A DNA stretch of 63,320 nt, the filler included, from Globobulimina sp. (taxonomy: Eukaryota): NCBI GenBank assembly GCA_003354225.1. It is 51 parts of 51 records of this genome, joined end to end, with 100 filler letters (N's around TTAATTAATTAA, not from the genome) between each part and the next. Parts side by side here need not be neighbours in the genome. Positions count along the whole stretch, not along the records: positions 60,935 to 62,077 come from PIVH01022480.1; positions 62,178 to 63,320 come from PIVH01022481.1; 49 more parts are not named here. One strand, 5' to 3'. Position 1 is the stretch's first letter. Each line of letters starts with the position of its first letter. A program made the translations under genes and the position numbers. Of this stretch, positions 60,835-63,320 are shown piece after piece. The notes below the pieces were generated by a model. That model ran no database searches and was not told where the DNA came from. It saw nothing but the letters and a program-made list of their open reading frames with translations.

Positions 60835-61396
60835 NNNNNNNNNNNNNNNNNNNNNNNNNNNNNNNNNNNNNNNNNNNNTTAATTAATTAANNNNNNNNNN
60901 NNNNNNNNNNNNNNNNNNNNNNNNNNNNNNNNNNTCAAATGTTAAATATGATATATATTTCCATATTTTGTCATCCTCCGTAATCCATGCTGACATATTA
61001 CGTTTTATAATTATATTATACTCAATGATTTTAGATAACAATTGAAATGAAATCAATCTTATTTTACCTCTTTGCTGCATACGTCCTTTGCTCAGCGATA
61101 AACATAAATATTCGGAATAATCATCAAATATATATCTGAATAACCTGTTTTCTTTGGCAATTGTACATGTTTCCACATCAGTTTCAAAACTCAAATTTTA
61201 TATTTTCATGAATCACAAGGACTTGACAAACAAATTTAGTTTTCACTTATATTATGTAATTTTGTGCGCTGATTCCAAAAATGCAACTTAGAAATTTCTC
61301 AGACAAATATTCTTTCCAAATTTGCTTTATCGATAATGCCATTTTTGACTAGTACTTTATCGATTTTTGAAAATCACAAATTCAGAAAATCACATC

Positions 61397-62053
61397 ATGT
61401 CATCTCATCGGCGTTTCTATATGCCACAGATCCCTCAGACCTATCTCACAATCCCTAAAAAGCAGTCTGAGAAGAAACACGCAGTCATAAAGATGCAAAG
61501 GAGCGGAAATAAGGGCACCATGACATTCGCCGATCCTGTTTTGTATGCCTATCAATTTTTCGATCAATATAAGAATACATTATTAAATCAATTAGATGAT
61601 GCATTAAAATTATACAGTTCGAAAGAAGAAAGAGAAAAATATATCCAAAAACAAGACAAAGAACGATGGGGCGATGATGAGCAGAACAAAAATAACAATA
61701 TAGCATTCTACAGAAATACATGGAATATTATAATTAGTTTATTTAAATTAAAAAAAACAGAAATTATACGTAACAATAACACCAATAATATGCAACCAAA
61801 GACCCCCAAAACACCCAAAACAGCAAACAAAAACAAAGAGAATGATGACAAAAAATGCAGCGAAACACCAACTATCAACACTGAAGAGGTAGCAAAATAT
61901 TTAGAAGAAAATGTATTGCGTGATATATATGGTAAAATGAAAAATATGCAAGCAGAAAATGACGATAATTATAATAAATTGCAAATGATGATTGAGGCGA
62001 TAACGCCGAAAAAATTCAGGCACCGTACAGTGAAAAATCAAATTAGGAAGTAG
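61397..62053 (+). CDS. Hypothetical K/N-rich protein
   Basis: ATG-initiated ORF of about 218 aa; no family recognised. Confidence 0.55.
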   Translation: MSSHRRFYMPQIPQTYLTIPKKQSEKKHAVIKMQRSGNKGTMTFADPVLYAYQFFDQYKNTLLNQLDDALKLYSSKEEREKYIQKQDKERWGDDEQNKNNNIAFYRNTWNIIISLFKLKKTEIIRNNNTNNMQPKTPKTPKTANKNKENDDKKCSETPTINTEEVAKYLEENVLRDIYGKMKNMQAENDDNYNKLQMMIEAITPKKFRHRTVKNQIRK

Positions 62054-62178
62054 CAAGAAATGACATGAGCATATTTTNNNNNNNNNNNNNNNNNNNNNNN
62101 NNNNNNNNNNNNNNNNNNNNNTTAATTAATTAANNNNNNNNNNNNNNNNNNNNNNNNNNNNNNNNNNNNNNNNNNNNA

Positions 62179-63320
62179 ACCACCGCAGCCAGCCGTTATC
62201 CAACCACCTCAGAAGAGTATGACTCATTTTTTAGGATAACATATGCAATAAAATATTTAGAAGATGAATATACTCAAATATTGGTGCAGAATATATTTGA
62301 AGTTTGGGATAAAATGCGTGAAATTATTGAACAATCATATTTTGAAACAACTGCACTTAAATATCGATTTTTTAACTTTGAAATTGAAGATTTATTAACG
62401 TATCAAAGAAATGAAATCAATCAAGAACAATATCAAACATTTGCCGATGCCCAGAATGATGGAATTTTAATAAACTGCAATATTGAATGCCGCAAATATG
62501 CTTGCAAAATATTAACAAAATATGACAAATTTAAAGATGAATTTGAATTAATTGCCACAAATAAATTTAGAAAATATTTTGTCAATTTTATATCTGCAAA
62601 AGTCAATGCAGAAAATGAAGAATTTGAATCAAAATTAATATTTGAAGTTAAAAGTTATGGCAAAGTGGACGCGTTATATGGCGCATCGGAAGAGATTAAT
62701 GTTCCTCTTTCAGTGAATAAAGTGTTGATTTTCTTATTTAGCATTGTCATTATTATGTGTATTGTTTCTTTGTTGGCATTGATCCATTCAAAGGTAAAAA
62801 AAATTGATTGTATATGGTACGGATTAATGATCTATGTTTTGCAATTTGTGCTGCTTATCAGTGATATTAATGTATGTATTGAATTGATGTCGAATGGATT
62901 TAGAATTTATGCTGTTTCCTGTTTTATATTTGTAGTAATTTCCTATTATTTTAATATCTATTTTGGCGGCAAAATAACGAGAATGATTCCCGAGGAGAAT
63001 GAGAGTGCCATTTTATTTTTTAAAAATAGAAATAAATTGTTTATGATTTTAATTGCAATTTCCGGCGGTTGCTATCCCGTTTTATTTCTGCTGTCCTCCA
63101 ATATATTTGCTTTGAAATATTTTAATTCAGGTTTAGTAAATTATGAATTAAAGAAAATGAGTAAAATGAAAATTATTTCTACCATTTGTTTACAAAATAT
63201 CCCACAGATTTTTATACAATGTATGTATTCCGCTGCGGTTGGAGTGATCTCTGCAAATATTGCATTTGCATTTGTTATCTCTGTTTTATCCATTATTTGC
63301 ACGCCATTTGTGATTAATAA
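62179..63320 (+). CDS. Receptor-like membrane protein fragment: extracellular domain plus XK-like multi-TM domain (absent from the ORF track)
   Basis: The frame is open across the contig. TTAASRYPT stalk end, soluble domain, then 5-6 TM helices including LQNIPQIFIQ (cf. XK-family ExxPQxxLQ). Confidence 0.75.

Noticed and set aside
1145-62177. Regularly spaced TTAATTAATTAA repeat as a CRISPR-like array or biological repeat
   Set aside because: It is always embedded in 44+44 Ns at a fixed period. It is a synthetic six-frame-stop contig linker.
1-63320. Stop-codon reassignment (ciliate-type genetic code)
   Set aside because: Conserved genes read through long frames in the standard code and end at TAA, TAG or TGA. 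Interruptions are explained by GT-AG introns or single-base frameshifts.
1-63320. rRNA, tRNA or CRISPR arrays
   Set aside because: None recognised by eye. A covariance-model scan was not possible, so small RNAs could have been missed.

Overview
This window is not a continuous locus. It is an artificial concatenation of 51 unrelated short contigs (27 of 1144 bp, then 24 of 1143 bp, i.e. sorted by size), each joined by a 100-nt linker N44-TTAATTAATTAA-N44, so gene order across linkers carries no biological meaning. Most contigs are fragments of AT-rich eukaryotic genes in the standard genetic code, with short GT-AG introns (about 50-115 nt) and very short intergenic gaps. The gene content includes axonemal dynein, formin, G-alpha, Amt, SLC12, PARP, kinases, and repeated F-box-like, Kelch-like and Cys-rich families. 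This suggests a protist such as a foraminiferan/rhizarian (inference), probably a single-cell or holobiont assembly. One clearly bacterial contig (radical SAM + GT4), a chimeric contig with a bacterial PBP1A fragment, and several transposon fragments (DIRS-type recombinase, LINE RT, Harbinger, Gypsy tail) are mixed in. The best leads are: (1) a probably myristoylated globin-domain protein running into what looks like the start of an RGS domain, a candidate gas-sensing G-protein regulator; (2) a CRESS-DNA-virus Rep-like SF3 helicase gene interrupted by spliceosomal introns; (3) a kinase-methyltransferase fusion; (4) bacterial-type enzymes in a eukaryote-like context. Several real coding regions missed by the ORF track were recovered by hand. 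All family calls come from motif recognition; no database search was run.
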